Below, piece by piece: positions 18,901 to 26,895 of a stretch of 64,000 nt of DNA (its first letter is position 1; the number at the start of each line of letters is the position of its first letter). The stretch is from Acidimicrobiia bacterium. Its GTDB lineage: Bacteria; Actinomycetota; Acidimicrobiia; Spongiisociales; ZC4RG35. Both the position numbers and the translations under genes were made by a program. The stretch spans positions 214,956 through 278,955 of the forward strand of contig OZ242000.1 in the NCBI GenBank assembly GCA_965204615.1. The letters are read 5' to 3'. The notes under the pieces were generated by a model, which had not been told where the DNA came from, did no database searches, and saw nothing but the letters and a program-made list of their open reading frames with translations.

Positions 18901-19133
18901 CACCCGACGGGGATTTCACGGCGGTGTCCGCCGGATCGTGGCATTCGTGTGGGTTGCGGGCCGATGGCACCATCGTTTGCTGGGGCCAAAACGACGCGGG
19001 TCAGGCTGACCCACCCGACGGAGATTTCACGGCGGTTTCCGCCGCACAGTGGCATTCGTGTGGTTTGCGGACCGGTGGCATCATCGTCTGCTGGGGAAAC
19101 AACCGTTACGGCCAGGCTGAACCACCTCGCTAA
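15993..19133 (+). CDS. Secreted protein with three SLH domains and 21 RCC1/BLIP-II-like repeats
   Basis: Signal peptide; three FVDVPVGHWADEAVGWAV...VTRAQI-type SLH repeats; 21 repeats of FTAVSAGxxHSCGLRADGTIVCWGxNxxGQADPPDG. Confidence 0.93.
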   Translation: MKFDWACWLGVVLGLMLLGGMAGAVDDDGFALQAAGGVPLGSDSFVDVPVGHWADEAVGWAVSNGVMEGVGGGRFDLEGVVPRWQVVSALYGAFGLAGGKGAAGGVPLGSDSFVDVPVGHVADVEVGWAVSVGITQGVGGGRFDLDGSVTRAQIVTFLSRLSGLLGGPVGGSGLGSDSLVDVPVGHWADEAVGWAVVNGVSRGVGGGRFDMDRVVSRAQIATLLFRVVRLVEESKVDVRVEAGDFTAVSAGTSHSCGLRADGTIVCWGRNDVGQADPPEGVFTAISAGNYHSCGLRADGTIVCWGRNNLGQADPPDGKFTAVSAGNSHSCGLRADGTVVCWGNNGSGQADPPDGKFTAVSAGSFRSCGLRANGTIACWGENRVAGTDCGWACPRRVDPPDGIFTAVNLGYHSCGLRADGTAVCWGLNNWGQADPPDGEFTAVSAAEGTHSCGLRTGGTIVCWGSNKWGQADPPDGEFTAVTTGGGHSCGLRADGTIVCWGHNNRGQTDVPKKFTAVTTGHRHSCGLRADGIIVCWGSNIYVGRVEQPGEFTGVSAGSEHSCGLRADGTIVCWGNNSDRNGDYAGQADPPDGDFTGVSAGGGHSCGLRVDGTIVCWGLNADGQADPPDGDFTAVTTGELHSCGLRVDGAIVCWGWNRYGQVDPPDGDFTAVSAGGTYSCGLRVDGTIVCWGDNGNGQVDPPDGDFTAVSAGSWHSCGLRVDGTIVCWGFNGNGEVDPPDGDFTAVSAGQSHSCGWRADGTIACWGSNKWGQADPPDGDFTAVTTGELHSCGLRVDGTVVCWGGNWVGQADPPDGDFTAVSAGEWHSCGLRADGAIVCWGLNSDWNGEYAGQADPPDGNFTAVSAGYWHSCGWRADGTVVCWGENYAGRADPPDGDFTAVTTGSGHSCGWRADGTVVCWGRNNVGQADPPDGDFTAVSAGYWHSCGLRADGAIVCWGYNSDWNGEYAGQADPPDGDFTAVSAGSWHSCGLRADGTIVCWGQNDAGQADPPDGDFTAVSAAQWHSCGLRTGGIIVCWGNNRYGQAEPPR
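16722..19130 (+). repeat. Tandem ~111-bp coding repeat array (21 units)
   Basis: Near-invariant core CATTCGTGTGGTTTGCGGGCCGATGGCACCATCGTCTGCTGGGGC recurring mostly every 111 bp, with a few indel variants. Confidence 0.97.
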
Positions 19134-19346
19134 GACACCCCGTGCGTTATTCCAAGACACCCTCGAAGAGACATGGTGCCAATCTGAACTGGGTCATCGC
19201 AATTAGGTGTGGAGTGTGATGGCGGTGTTCTGGACCCTGGAAGAAGTTGTCGGGAAGTCTGGATGTGGCCAAGACCCACGGGGAATAGCAGCGGTTACAC
19301 CTGTCCAGATCGTGGCTGATGGTGATCGGGGAACGGGGGACCGGTC

Positions 19347-19505
19347 TCAGGAGTCCAGGTAGTGGTTCCACTCTTGCATGAGGTTGCGGCGTCGTTCGAG
19401 TAGGTCTGTTCTGGCGTAGGCTTTTTCGACGGTGTTTCTGATTTCGTGGCCGAGGGCACGTTCTGCGATCTCGCGGGCTGTGCCGGTTTCTGCGCACCAG
19501 TCTCG
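19347..19505 (-). pseudogene. C-terminal remnant of a P4-type tyrosine integrase
   Basis: Manual translation RDWCAETGTAREIAERALGHEIRNTVEKAYARTDLLERRRNLMQEWNHYLDS*, containing LGH and the catalytic Tyr; cut by an IS21-like end. Confidence 0.8.
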
Positions 19506-19506
19506 G

Positions 19507-19555
19507 TGATGGGGATCATTGAAAGTACTCAGGCCTGATCACTGAAAGTACTCAT
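19507..19555 (+). mobile_element. IS21-like terminal end
   Basis: TGATGGGGATCATTGAAAGTACTCAGGCCTGATCACTGAAAGTACTCAT with tandem GATCA.TGAAAGTACTCA repeats. Confidence 0.65.
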
Positions 19556-19649
19556 GTGTTGGGGGTTAATACCCGTAGTCGGGTTGTGTTGGCGATCACT
19601 GAAGCATCCCAGTCTCGATCACTGAAAGTTCCCATGCGTGTTATATGTG

Positions 19650-19850
19650 GGGGGTGTGGCAGTGCCGGTGGGGATGGCTCCAAAGTTCCCTGCCGATTCC
19701 CCTTTTTGGGGGATTTGGCTTTCAGGTGAGTGCCTCCCCACCGGTTGCCGGCCCGGTGTTGTCGCTTGATAGGAGCGTGACCTAGACCGTTTGATCGGTG
19801 TCTGTTGCTCAACGCATGGATGCGCTTCACCGAGCTTTCTGCCGCTCCCG
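19650..19850 (+). ncRNA. Putative bridge RNA of IS110 A
   Basis: Two stem-enclosed loops with four guide segments matching the target and donor junctions (9/9, 7/7, 8/8, 8/8); RNA ends approximate. Confidence 0.75.
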
Positions 19851-19883
19851 AACAAAGCCCCTATTCGATTGGAGAAGAAGCCG

Positions 19884-20912
19884 ATGTTGGTTATCGGGAT
19901 CGACTCGCACAAGGATACCCTTTCGGCCTGTTTGGTGGACCACCTGGGCACGGCCCTGGAGTACCGCACCATCGCTAACACCCCTGCCGGTCACCGCCAG
20001 TTGGTTGATTGGGCGGAGACCACCAAGGCGGCCACAGTGGCGGTTGAGGGGTCCGGCACGTTCGGTCGTCCACTGGCGGTGGCTGCTGTCGGCGCCGGTC
20101 TGGACGTTCGGGAGGTGCCGCCCCAGCTGACCGCCCGCCTTCGCCGCCGGGGCCGTACCCAGACCAAGACCGACCAGGTCGACGCGTTGGTGATCGCCCG
20201 GGTCGCTCTCCGAGACCACACCCTTTCTGCTCCAACCCATTGGGAGGACACCGAAGACCTGCGTGTGCTGGTCTCATACCGCCGTGAACTGGTAGAAGAC
20301 CGCACCGCAGGGGCCAACCGTCTCCACGCCGACCTGGGGAAGCTCCGACCCGGCTACCACCAGAACATTCCCCGGTTCACCACCCGAAAAGCCCTTGACC
20401 AGGCCATGAAACTCTTATGGCGGGACACCACCTGTCACGGGCGGGTAGCCAAACAACGCATCCGAAGACTGCGACAGCTGGACACCGAGATCAAAGAGCT
20501 CACCGCCCAGATCAAAACACTGGTCGACCAATCCGGAACCCGTCTACTCGACATTCACGGAGTGGGGGTGCTGGTCGCTGCCACCATCCTCTCGGAGGTG
20601 GGCAACCCCCACCGCTATCCGACCAAAGACAAGTTCGCCATGGCCAACGGCACCGCACCCATCGAAGCCAGTTCCGGGCGGATAGTGAGACATCGCCTCA
20701 ACCGCGGTGGGAACCGCCAACTCAACCGGGCAATCCACACCGCCGCCTTGACCCAGATCGCACGCGCAGACAGCGAAGGCCGCCGCTACTACCAGAAACT
20801 CAAAACCCGCGGGAAAACCCACAGAGACGCAATCCGCGTCCTCAAAAGACGAATCTCAGACCGCATCTGGACCCACCTCCAACCACCAAAAACCGGCCCG
20901 ATTTTGCCATAG
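19884..20912 (+). CDS. IS110-family DEDD recombinase/transposase
   Basis: VIGIDSHKD, VAVEGSG, KTDQVDA, GVGVLVAA, ASSG...HRLNRGGNRQLN. Confidence 0.95.
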   Translation: MLVIGIDSHKDTLSACLVDHLGTALEYRTIANTPAGHRQLVDWAETTKAATVAVEGSGTFGRPLAVAAVGAGLDVREVPPQLTARLRRRGRTQTKTDQVDALVIARVALRDHTLSAPTHWEDTEDLRVLVSYRRELVEDRTAGANRLHADLGKLRPGYHQNIPRFTTRKALDQAMKLLWRDTTCHGRVAKQRIRRLRQLDTEIKELTAQIKTLVDQSGTRLLDIHGVGVLVAATILSEVGNPHRYPTKDKFAMANGTAPIEASSGRIVRHRLNRGGNRQLNRAIHTAALTQIARADSEGRRYYQKLKTRGKTHRDAIRVLKRRISDRIWTHLQPPKTGPILP

Positions 20913-21021
20913 GAGCTCACCTCCTGGGGGTAAATGCCCGTTGTTGGGTAGGGCTCTCTCCAAGCTAAGGGATTGTCACATTTCCTAGCTGTGGAGAGGA
21001 GCCCTGCCCCTTATGATGCTT

Positions 21022-22096
21022 CTATGGTTTCCAAATCGGTCTCTGGGGGTGGTGGGGGTTGGTTGGTGGGTTTTCGAGGAGGCGGTAGAGCTGGCGGGCT
21101 ATGTAGCGTTTGAGGCAGCGGCGGGCTTCTCGGGTGGTTTTGCCTTGGCTGATGCGTTTGGCGAGGTAGGCCCGGGTTTTGGGACAGTATCGGGAGCGGC
21201 TGAGGGCGATGGTGTGGAGGGCCTGGTTGAGTTTTCGGTCGCCGCGTCTGTTCAGTCGGTGGCGGGTTCGTTGGCCGGAGGAGGCTTGTAGGGGGGCGAC
21301 GCCGGCTAGCCGAGCGAACGCTGCTTCGTTGCGGCACCGGCGAGGGTGAGACCATGCTATGTAGATTTGGGTGGCGGTGATCGGTCCTACTCCGGGCTGG
21401 TCGAGCAGGTGGGGAGCGACAGTGGTGATCAGTTCGGTGATGGTTGTTCTCAGTTGGTTTGCTTCGTCGGTGAGGGCTCGGATCCGGCGGGCTGCGGATC
21501 GCATGGCTTGTTTGGTTGCGGTGTGTTCGTTGATGGTGTCGGACGGGAGGCGGAACCCGGAGCATTTGGCCACCAGAGCTGTGGTGGTGAGTCCTCGGAG
21601 TTGGTCGCGTAGATCGACCGGCGCGGTTACTAGGAGGGCTTTCAGTTCGTTGATCGCCGCTGTTCTGGCTGTTATTGCGCCTCGGCGGGTGGTTTCCAAC
21701 ACTCGGAGGGCTTCGCGGTTTCCACGTACCCGCGGTGCAGAAGGCTGGGAGCGGCCTAGTGTTTGGCGGGCGGCCCGACGAGCGTCCAGGGTGTCGGTCT
21801 TGGCACCGTCGATGCTGGGGGTGGGATTGTTGAACTCTATTACCCACTCACCCCGAGCAGCGAGATAGGCCGCTATGCCGGCTCCGTAGCTTCCGGTGCC
21901 TTCCACGGACCACGCCCGGTCGCCGGTTTGGGTGTGCTGATCGGCCCATTTCACCAACCTCTCGTATCCCAACTGGGTGGTCGCGAACGCTGCGGATGCT
22001 TGTTCTCCGGTAGTGGCGGTGTCCACTACCGACGCGGTGACCCGGTCACGATCCGGGTCGATCCCGGATTACATGTTCAACTGATGCCACAGCCAT
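21022..22096 (-). pseudogene. IS110 recombinase with a 1-bp frameshift near the N-terminus
   Basis: MAVASVEHVI joins GIDPDRDRVTASVVD only if one base near 22066 is removed; downstream VEGTGSYG, KTDTLDA, ASSG..RHRLNRRGDRKLN; a sequencing error is possible. Confidence 0.8.
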
Positions 22097-22119
22097 CCCT
22101 TTTCCTTTCTGTTGCTTAC

Positions 22120-22340
22120 AATTTCGGGTTGCCCATAGAGGCGCGATCCGCGAACGGCAGAACTGTGATGAGTCACACCCCCTGGGGGTGGACAGGCTTC
22201 TGATTAGGCCAGCGCGGTACGCAGGCTGCTGCTGGCGGTTGGTGTCGGACAGATCATAAGAAAGACACCTAACGGGGTCAATTGGCACAAGGGTCACGAC
22301 ACCACCACCAGCAGCTGACCTGAAACACTCTCTGAAGAGC
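22120..22340 (-). ncRNA. Putative bridge RNA of IS110 B
   Basis: Long stem 22228-22247/22297-22315 and hairpin CACCCCCTGGGGGTG; segments complementary to both junctions (8/8 each); ends approximate. Confidence 0.65.
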
Positions 22341-22359
22341 ATCCCCCACATTCTCACAG

Positions 22360-22470
22360 TTGGTCCAGGAGGAGTACTTGGAGGTTCATGCTTTGAGGAG
22401 GCGGGGGTGGTCGATCTCGGCTATTGCCCGCCATATTGGAAAGAGACGCCGAACCGTCCGGGGGCAATGA
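22360..22470 (+). pseudogene. istA: IS21 transposase IstA N-terminal fragment
   Basis: LVQEEYLEVHALRRRGWSISAIARHIGKRRRTVRG*, a typical IstA HTH start. Confidence 0.78.
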
Positions 22471-23078
22471 TGGGTGTCTCCTTGCCTTGATCAGATGATG
22501 AGGCAAGGAGCTCGATGGGAAGGGTGGGGGCTACCCGCGCAATGTGCTTAGGGATTTAGTACCCGGCGGGTAGCCCCCGGTGGTGCCCAGAGGTTCCTTA
22601 TGTCTGGCAGGCACCACGATTGGTGAGAGACCCCTTCCTTCTGTTGGTCCAAAGCGAGGATTGGAGAACTCCAAGAAAAGGTTCACAGGGGTCTCTCACG
22701 AAGGGGTGGGGCTGTGTCTCATTGATGAGATGCAGGTTCAAGGAGTCGCTCAGACGGCGAGGTCCGAGCGGCTCGGCTCCCACGATCAAGTCTGGCCGTG
22801 CTCTGACAACCACTTTGCTGTTCCCTCTCCTACGGAGTGGGCCATGGGTACTGGGCATCGCTCCGCCGCCCGCTGGAAGGCGGCGTTCGCTCAATGGCTG
22901 GGGTCCTTGGGCAAATCCCGGCAACGCTTGCCCATCGGCTCTCCTCTCTCCTATCCATGGGCCCTTTCAACCGTATGTGTTTCTCGGGTAAATGTTGGTA
23001 GTAGTAGTCACAAATCTATTGTAAACATATTAGGAAAGGGGTAGCCGCATATGATGGCGATGTGGTTGAATCGGGGTT

Positions 23079-23106
23079 TCTCAAAGGCTTCTCAGGGAAG
23101 TCTTGT
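23079..23106 (+). promoter_or_regulatory. Candidate OmpR/MprA-type direct-repeat operator
   Basis: TCTCAA-N5-TCTCAG-N5-TCTTGT, 11-bp period, upstream of a gene with an OmpR-type output domain. Confidence 0.3.
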
Positions 23107-23320
23107 CATATCCTGCTGGTAGGACGCGGGCAGTTCCCATTCTCCTGTCAATCGGAGTAGTTGGGGTAGTAAAACGTTGCAGAAGGTTGGGTTGTGAGCA
23201 TGTCGAGGATGAATGTGCAGTAGCGGCAGGTCACACAGGTACTCAGAAATCAACCCACTGTCAGATATACTCTGGACGGGAAACGACGCGGTCCTAACTC
23301 AAGCAAGAAGGGAAAAATTG

Positions 23321-25690
23321 GTGCAGCCAGACGAGCGAGACAGGGAGTTTCTGGCGTTGAAGGATCGCCTGTCGCGGCTTAGCCAGGCCAGCCTGCGCAT
23401 CAACGAGAGCCTGGACTTCGATACAGTGCTCCAGGGCGTTCTCGATTCGGCTCGCTCCCTGACCGGTGCCCGCTACGGGGTGATGACGCTGCTGGATGGC
23501 GGGGGCCCGGTGGAGGACTTCCTGTCCTCGGGGATGACTGCCGGGGAGGAGGAGCGGTTGTGGCAGGTCCCGCAGGGCGTGGAGGTCTTTGAGGCTCTGA
23601 TCAGTTCTTCGGAACCATCGAGGCTCCCCGACTTGGCGGACCACATTCGGTCTATGGGATTCAGCAGGTTCACCATACCTCCGCTGGTTGAGGCTTCGGC
23701 GTTCCTGGCGGCGCCGATGTTTCATCAGGGTGTTCGGGTGGGCCATGTCTTTCTGGGGGGCAAGCCCGGCGGGGAGGAGTTCACCAGGGAGGACGAGGAG
23801 ACTCTGGTGATGTTTGCCTCACAGGCGGCGCTGGTTATCGCCAACGCCCGCAGGCACCGGGAGGAACGGCAGGCTCGGTCGGACCTGGAAACACTGGTGG
23901 ACACCTCACCGGTGGGTGTTGTTGTCTTCGACGCTCGGACCGGGACGCGGGTGTCGTTCAACCGGGAGGCGGCGCGCATCGTGGACGGCCTGCGGGAGGG
24001 GGAGCAGCGGCCGGAGGACCTGCTGGAGTTTGTGACCTGTGTGCGTTCCGACGGCCGTGAGGTCTCCCTTATGGAATCGCCGTGGGTCGAGGTTTTAGGG
24101 GCCGGCGAGACGGTCCGCGCCGAAGAGATCGTGCTGCGGGTGCCTGACGGGCGGAGCGTCAGCGTTCTGCTCAACGCCACGCCCATCCACTCCGAAGACG
24201 GCCAGTTGATGTCCTTGGTCGTGACGCTCCAGGACATGACCCCCCTGAAGGAGCAGGAGCGGCTGCGGGCTGAGTTCCTGGCCATGGTGGGCAACGAGTT
24301 GAGAATGCCTCTGGCCGCCGTGAAGGGATCGGTAACCACCTTGCTGGAGGCCGCCGGTGATTTGGACCTTGCAGAGATGACTCAGTTCTTTCGCATAATT
24401 CGCGACCAGTCGGACCGGATGAGGTACCTGATCGGTGACCTCTTGGACCTGGCCCGCATCGAGGCCGGCGCCCTCCGGGTGGATCCCGAGCCCGCCGACC
24501 TGCGCCTGGTGGTGGATGAGGCTAAAGCCAGGTTCGTGACCGGAGACGCCAGGAACGCTCTGAAGGTGGATTTGGCGGCAGACTTGCCCTTGGTGATGGC
24601 CGATCAGCGACGCATCGTCCAGGTGCTGAGCAACCTGCTGGCCAACGCCGCCAGGTATTCACCGGACGGGTCGCCGGTGCTGGTGACCGCGGCCCGGGAG
24701 GGGGTACACGTGGGGATATCGGTCTCCGACCAGGGGAGGGGAATCCAGCCGGAAGTGCTGCCTGAGCTGTTTCGCAAGTACTCACGGGCATCCGCCGTCG
24801 ATGGGTCGGGTCTGGGTCTGGTCGTCTGCAAGGGTATCGTCGAAGCGCACGGCGGTCGCATCCGGGCCGAGAGCGACGGCCCGGGGCTGGGGGCGCGGTT
24901 CACATTCACGCTGCCGGTGGTGGAGCAGGCTGCAACCTCTGTCACCGCTCCGTCCCATCTCGCTTCCCGGTCGGCGACGCGGATCCGCGTCCTGGCCGTT
25001 GACGACGACCCGCAGGCGCTGAGGTACGTCCGCGAGGTACTTTCGAGGGGCGGCTACGACCCCATCGTGACCGGCGACCTCGTCGATGTTCCCCGCCTCA
25101 TGGCGGAGGAGAAGCCCCATGTTGTGTTGCTGGACCTGGTGGGGCCGGGAATCGACGGCATCGTGCTGATGACCGACATAATGAAAACGGCAGACGTGCC
25201 GGTCATCTTCCTGTCGGTGTACGGCCAGGATGAGATCGTGGCGAGGGCCTTGGACATGGGGGCTGCCGACTATCTGATAAAGCCGTTCTCCCCGACGGAA
25301 CTGGCCGCCAGGATCCGGACCGCCCTTCGAAAGCGGTTGGATCCCTTCCAGGGCGAGCCCTCGGGACCCTACAACACGGGACGCCTGAGCATCGATTACC
25401 TCCATCGCCGGGTGACCGTGGGTGGGAAGCCGGTGAAATTGACCGCTACCGAATACGCCCTGCTCTACGAACTGGCAGTCCATGCTCCCAGGGTGCTGAC
25501 CCACGGCCTGCTGTTGCAGCGGGTCTGGGGTCCCGAGAGGGTCGACGAAGCGTGGCTGGTGCGAGATGTGGTCAAGAGGCTCCGCCGCAAGCTGGGCGAC
25601 AGCGCCGACAGCCCCACCTACATATTCACCGAACCACGCGTGGGCTACCGGATGGCCGGCGAAAAGACCCGGGACGGGCAAGAGACCTGA
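23321..25690 (+). CDS. Fused sensor kinase-response regulator (GAF-PAS-HisKA-HATPase-REC-OmpR wHTH) with a degenerate H-box
   Basis: QVLSNLLANAARY, DQGRGI, GSGLGL, AVDDD, DYLIKPF, LTATEY, TEPRVGYR; H-box reads GNELRMPL; start uncertain. Confidence 0.92.
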   Translation: MQPDERDREFLALKDRLSRLSQASLRINESLDFDTVLQGVLDSARSLTGARYGVMTLLDGGGPVEDFLSSGMTAGEEERLWQVPQGVEVFEALISSSEPSRLPDLADHIRSMGFSRFTIPPLVEASAFLAAPMFHQGVRVGHVFLGGKPGGEEFTREDEETLVMFASQAALVIANARRHREERQARSDLETLVDTSPVGVVVFDARTGTRVSFNREAARIVDGLREGEQRPEDLLEFVTCVRSDGREVSLMESPWVEVLGAGETVRAEEIVLRVPDGRSVSVLLNATPIHSEDGQLMSLVVTLQDMTPLKEQERLRAEFLAMVGNELRMPLAAVKGSVTTLLEAAGDLDLAEMTQFFRIIRDQSDRMRYLIGDLLDLARIEAGALRVDPEPADLRLVVDEAKARFVTGDARNALKVDLAADLPLVMADQRRIVQVLSNLLANAARYSPDGSPVLVTAAREGVHVGISVSDQGRGIQPEVLPELFRKYSRASAVDGSGLGLVVCKGIVEAHGGRIRAESDGPGLGARFTFTLPVVEQAATSVTAPSHLASRSATRIRVLAVDDDPQALRYVREVLSRGGYDPIVTGDLVDVPRLMAEEKPHVVLLDLVGPGIDGIVLMTDIMKTADVPVIFLSVYGQDEIVARALDMGAADYLIKPFSPTELAARIRTALRKRLDPFQGEPSGPYNTGRLSIDYLHRRVTVGGKPVKLTATEYALLYELAVHAPRVLTHGLLLQRVWGPERVDEAWLVRDVVKRLRRKLGDSADSPTYIFTEPRVGYRMAGEKTRDGQET

Positions 25691-25988
25691 AACGGCCGAC
25701 TTGGCGCGATTACGCCGCTCACGGTCAAGCAGCGGCATGGGTAGAGTTGAGTAGGTAGCGACGCGGGCAGTTGCGTCGGATTGTTCCCCGCATCCAACCG
25801 GGCTGGGGACAACCAGCCCGATCGGTGTGGATGCTGTCAGGCCGGCCGATACCTCTCGTGTCGATTACAAGGCAGTCCGTCGCGTGAAAGGAGAGGCCCG
25901 TGCTCGTTTTGCCGTGGCCGCGAGCGCGCCCGGTTTGTCATGGACCCGTCGGACTGTCGTCAAGCCACCGGCGCCCTTCGGGTGGATC

Positions 25989-26858
25989 ATGATCCTTGAG
26001 AGCAGCCCGGCCATTTCGCGACTGGAGGAGAAGGTGGCACTGGTGACGGGCGCGGGGAGGGGTCTCGGATGCGGGATCGCCAAGGCTTTCCTGGGAGCCG
26101 GTGCGAAGGTGTGCGCCACCGATGTGGATGAAGCGGAGATGGAAGCTTCTTTCCAGGGGATGGAGATCGGTGGTCCCCGGTTGCTCAATCTGGCATTGGA
26201 TGTAACCGACCCTGAGATGTTTGATGATGTCGTCCACCGAGTGGTCGATGAATGGGGCAGGTTGGATGTGCTGGTTCATGCTGCCGTGATAATGCCCTTG
26301 ACCAGTTTTGAGGAGACGTCTCACGGGGACTGGTGGCGGGAGGTCTTCATCAATCTGGGTGGTCTGTTCAACGGCGCCAAGGCGGTTTGGGAGGTTATGA
26401 AGGCCCAGGGTGGCGGACACATCATGTCCGTTGCCAGCCTCTCCAGCCTTCACGGTTTCGCCGATGAGGTTGCATATTGTGTGGGAAAACACGGCCAGGA
26501 GGGGTTTGCCAAGTCCCTCTCCATAGAGGCGGCGCCTTACAATATCTCCATCAACACCATGGGGCCTGGAAAGCGGATCAAACCATCAGGGGTAACCGTT
26601 GCCGAGGCGGAACTGGCGCCAGACGATGTGAAATCGACCTGGACGGATCCCACCGAACTGGGTCAAGCCTATGTCTGGCTGGCAGGCCGGCCTCCCGGCA
26701 GGTATACCGGACTCCGGTTCAGTGCCGGAAAGATCGTGGATACCATCGCCTCTGAAGGATGGGAGTTCGACTTTGCCCCTGAGAAGGTCACGTCCGATCC
26801 GGAAGGCATGAAGTCTCGATGGGAGTGGTATGCGGGACAATCGGGCCGGGGGTACTGA
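25989..26858 (+). CDS. Short-chain dehydrogenase/reductase
   Basis: TGAGRGLG and YCVGK catalytic motif. Confidence 0.9.
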   Translation: MILESSPAISRLEEKVALVTGAGRGLGCGIAKAFLGAGAKVCATDVDEAEMEASFQGMEIGGPRLLNLALDVTDPEMFDDVVHRVVDEWGRLDVLVHAAVIMPLTSFEETSHGDWWREVFINLGGLFNGAKAVWEVMKAQGGGHIMSVASLSSLHGFADEVAYCVGKHGQEGFAKSLSIEAAPYNISINTMGPGKRIKPSGVTVAEAELAPDDVKSTWTDPTELGQAYVWLAGRPPGRYTGLRFSAGKIVDTIASEGWEFDFAPEKVTSDPEGMKSRWEWYAGQSGRGY

Positions 26859-26895
26859 GGTTCTCTTTGTCGTCCCCTGAGTTTGGACCGGGCTC

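Larger units (their letters stand above)
19633..20919 (+). mobile_element. IS110-family element A (apparently intact)
   Basis: CA core at both junctions (19633-34, 20918-19); ~250-nt non-coding left end; end TTGCCATAGGAGCT; no terminal IRs. Confidence 0.88.
21015..22358 (-). mobile_element. IS110-family element B, inserted in the istA start codon
   Basis: Minus-strand ends TGTGAGAATG... and ...TTGGAAACCATAGAAGCATC; flanks rejoin as TT-ATG-TTG-GTC. Confidence 0.85.
19587..22470 (+). mobile_element. Truncated IS21-family element (left end plus istA 5' fragment) interrupted by two IS110 elements
   Basis: TGTTGGCGATCACTGAA...GATCACTGAAAGTTCCCA end; removing both IS110s restores ATG TTG GTC CAG GAG..., the start of IstA. 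Confidence 0.72.

Noticed and set aside
16722-19130. Diversity-generating retroelement target or CRISPR-like array
   Set aside because: Sixteen of 21 codons at the first B-slot position are NNC, as AAC mutagenesis would give. However, the adjacent AAC is invariant, third positions vary in other slots, GC3 bias can explain NNC, and no reverse transcriptase or template repeat is in the window. The repeats are in-frame coding units, not repeat-spacer units, and no cas genes are present.
17230-19206. 658-aa alternative-frame ORF and long antisense ORFs over the repeat array
   Set aside because: Shadows of a stop-free 111-bp repeat, with no independent start signals or protein-like features
22471-23210. 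Short ORFs and two hairpins (about 22478-22511 and 22526-22578)
   Set aside because: No recognisable protein motifs or RNA family; probably decayed intergenic DNA
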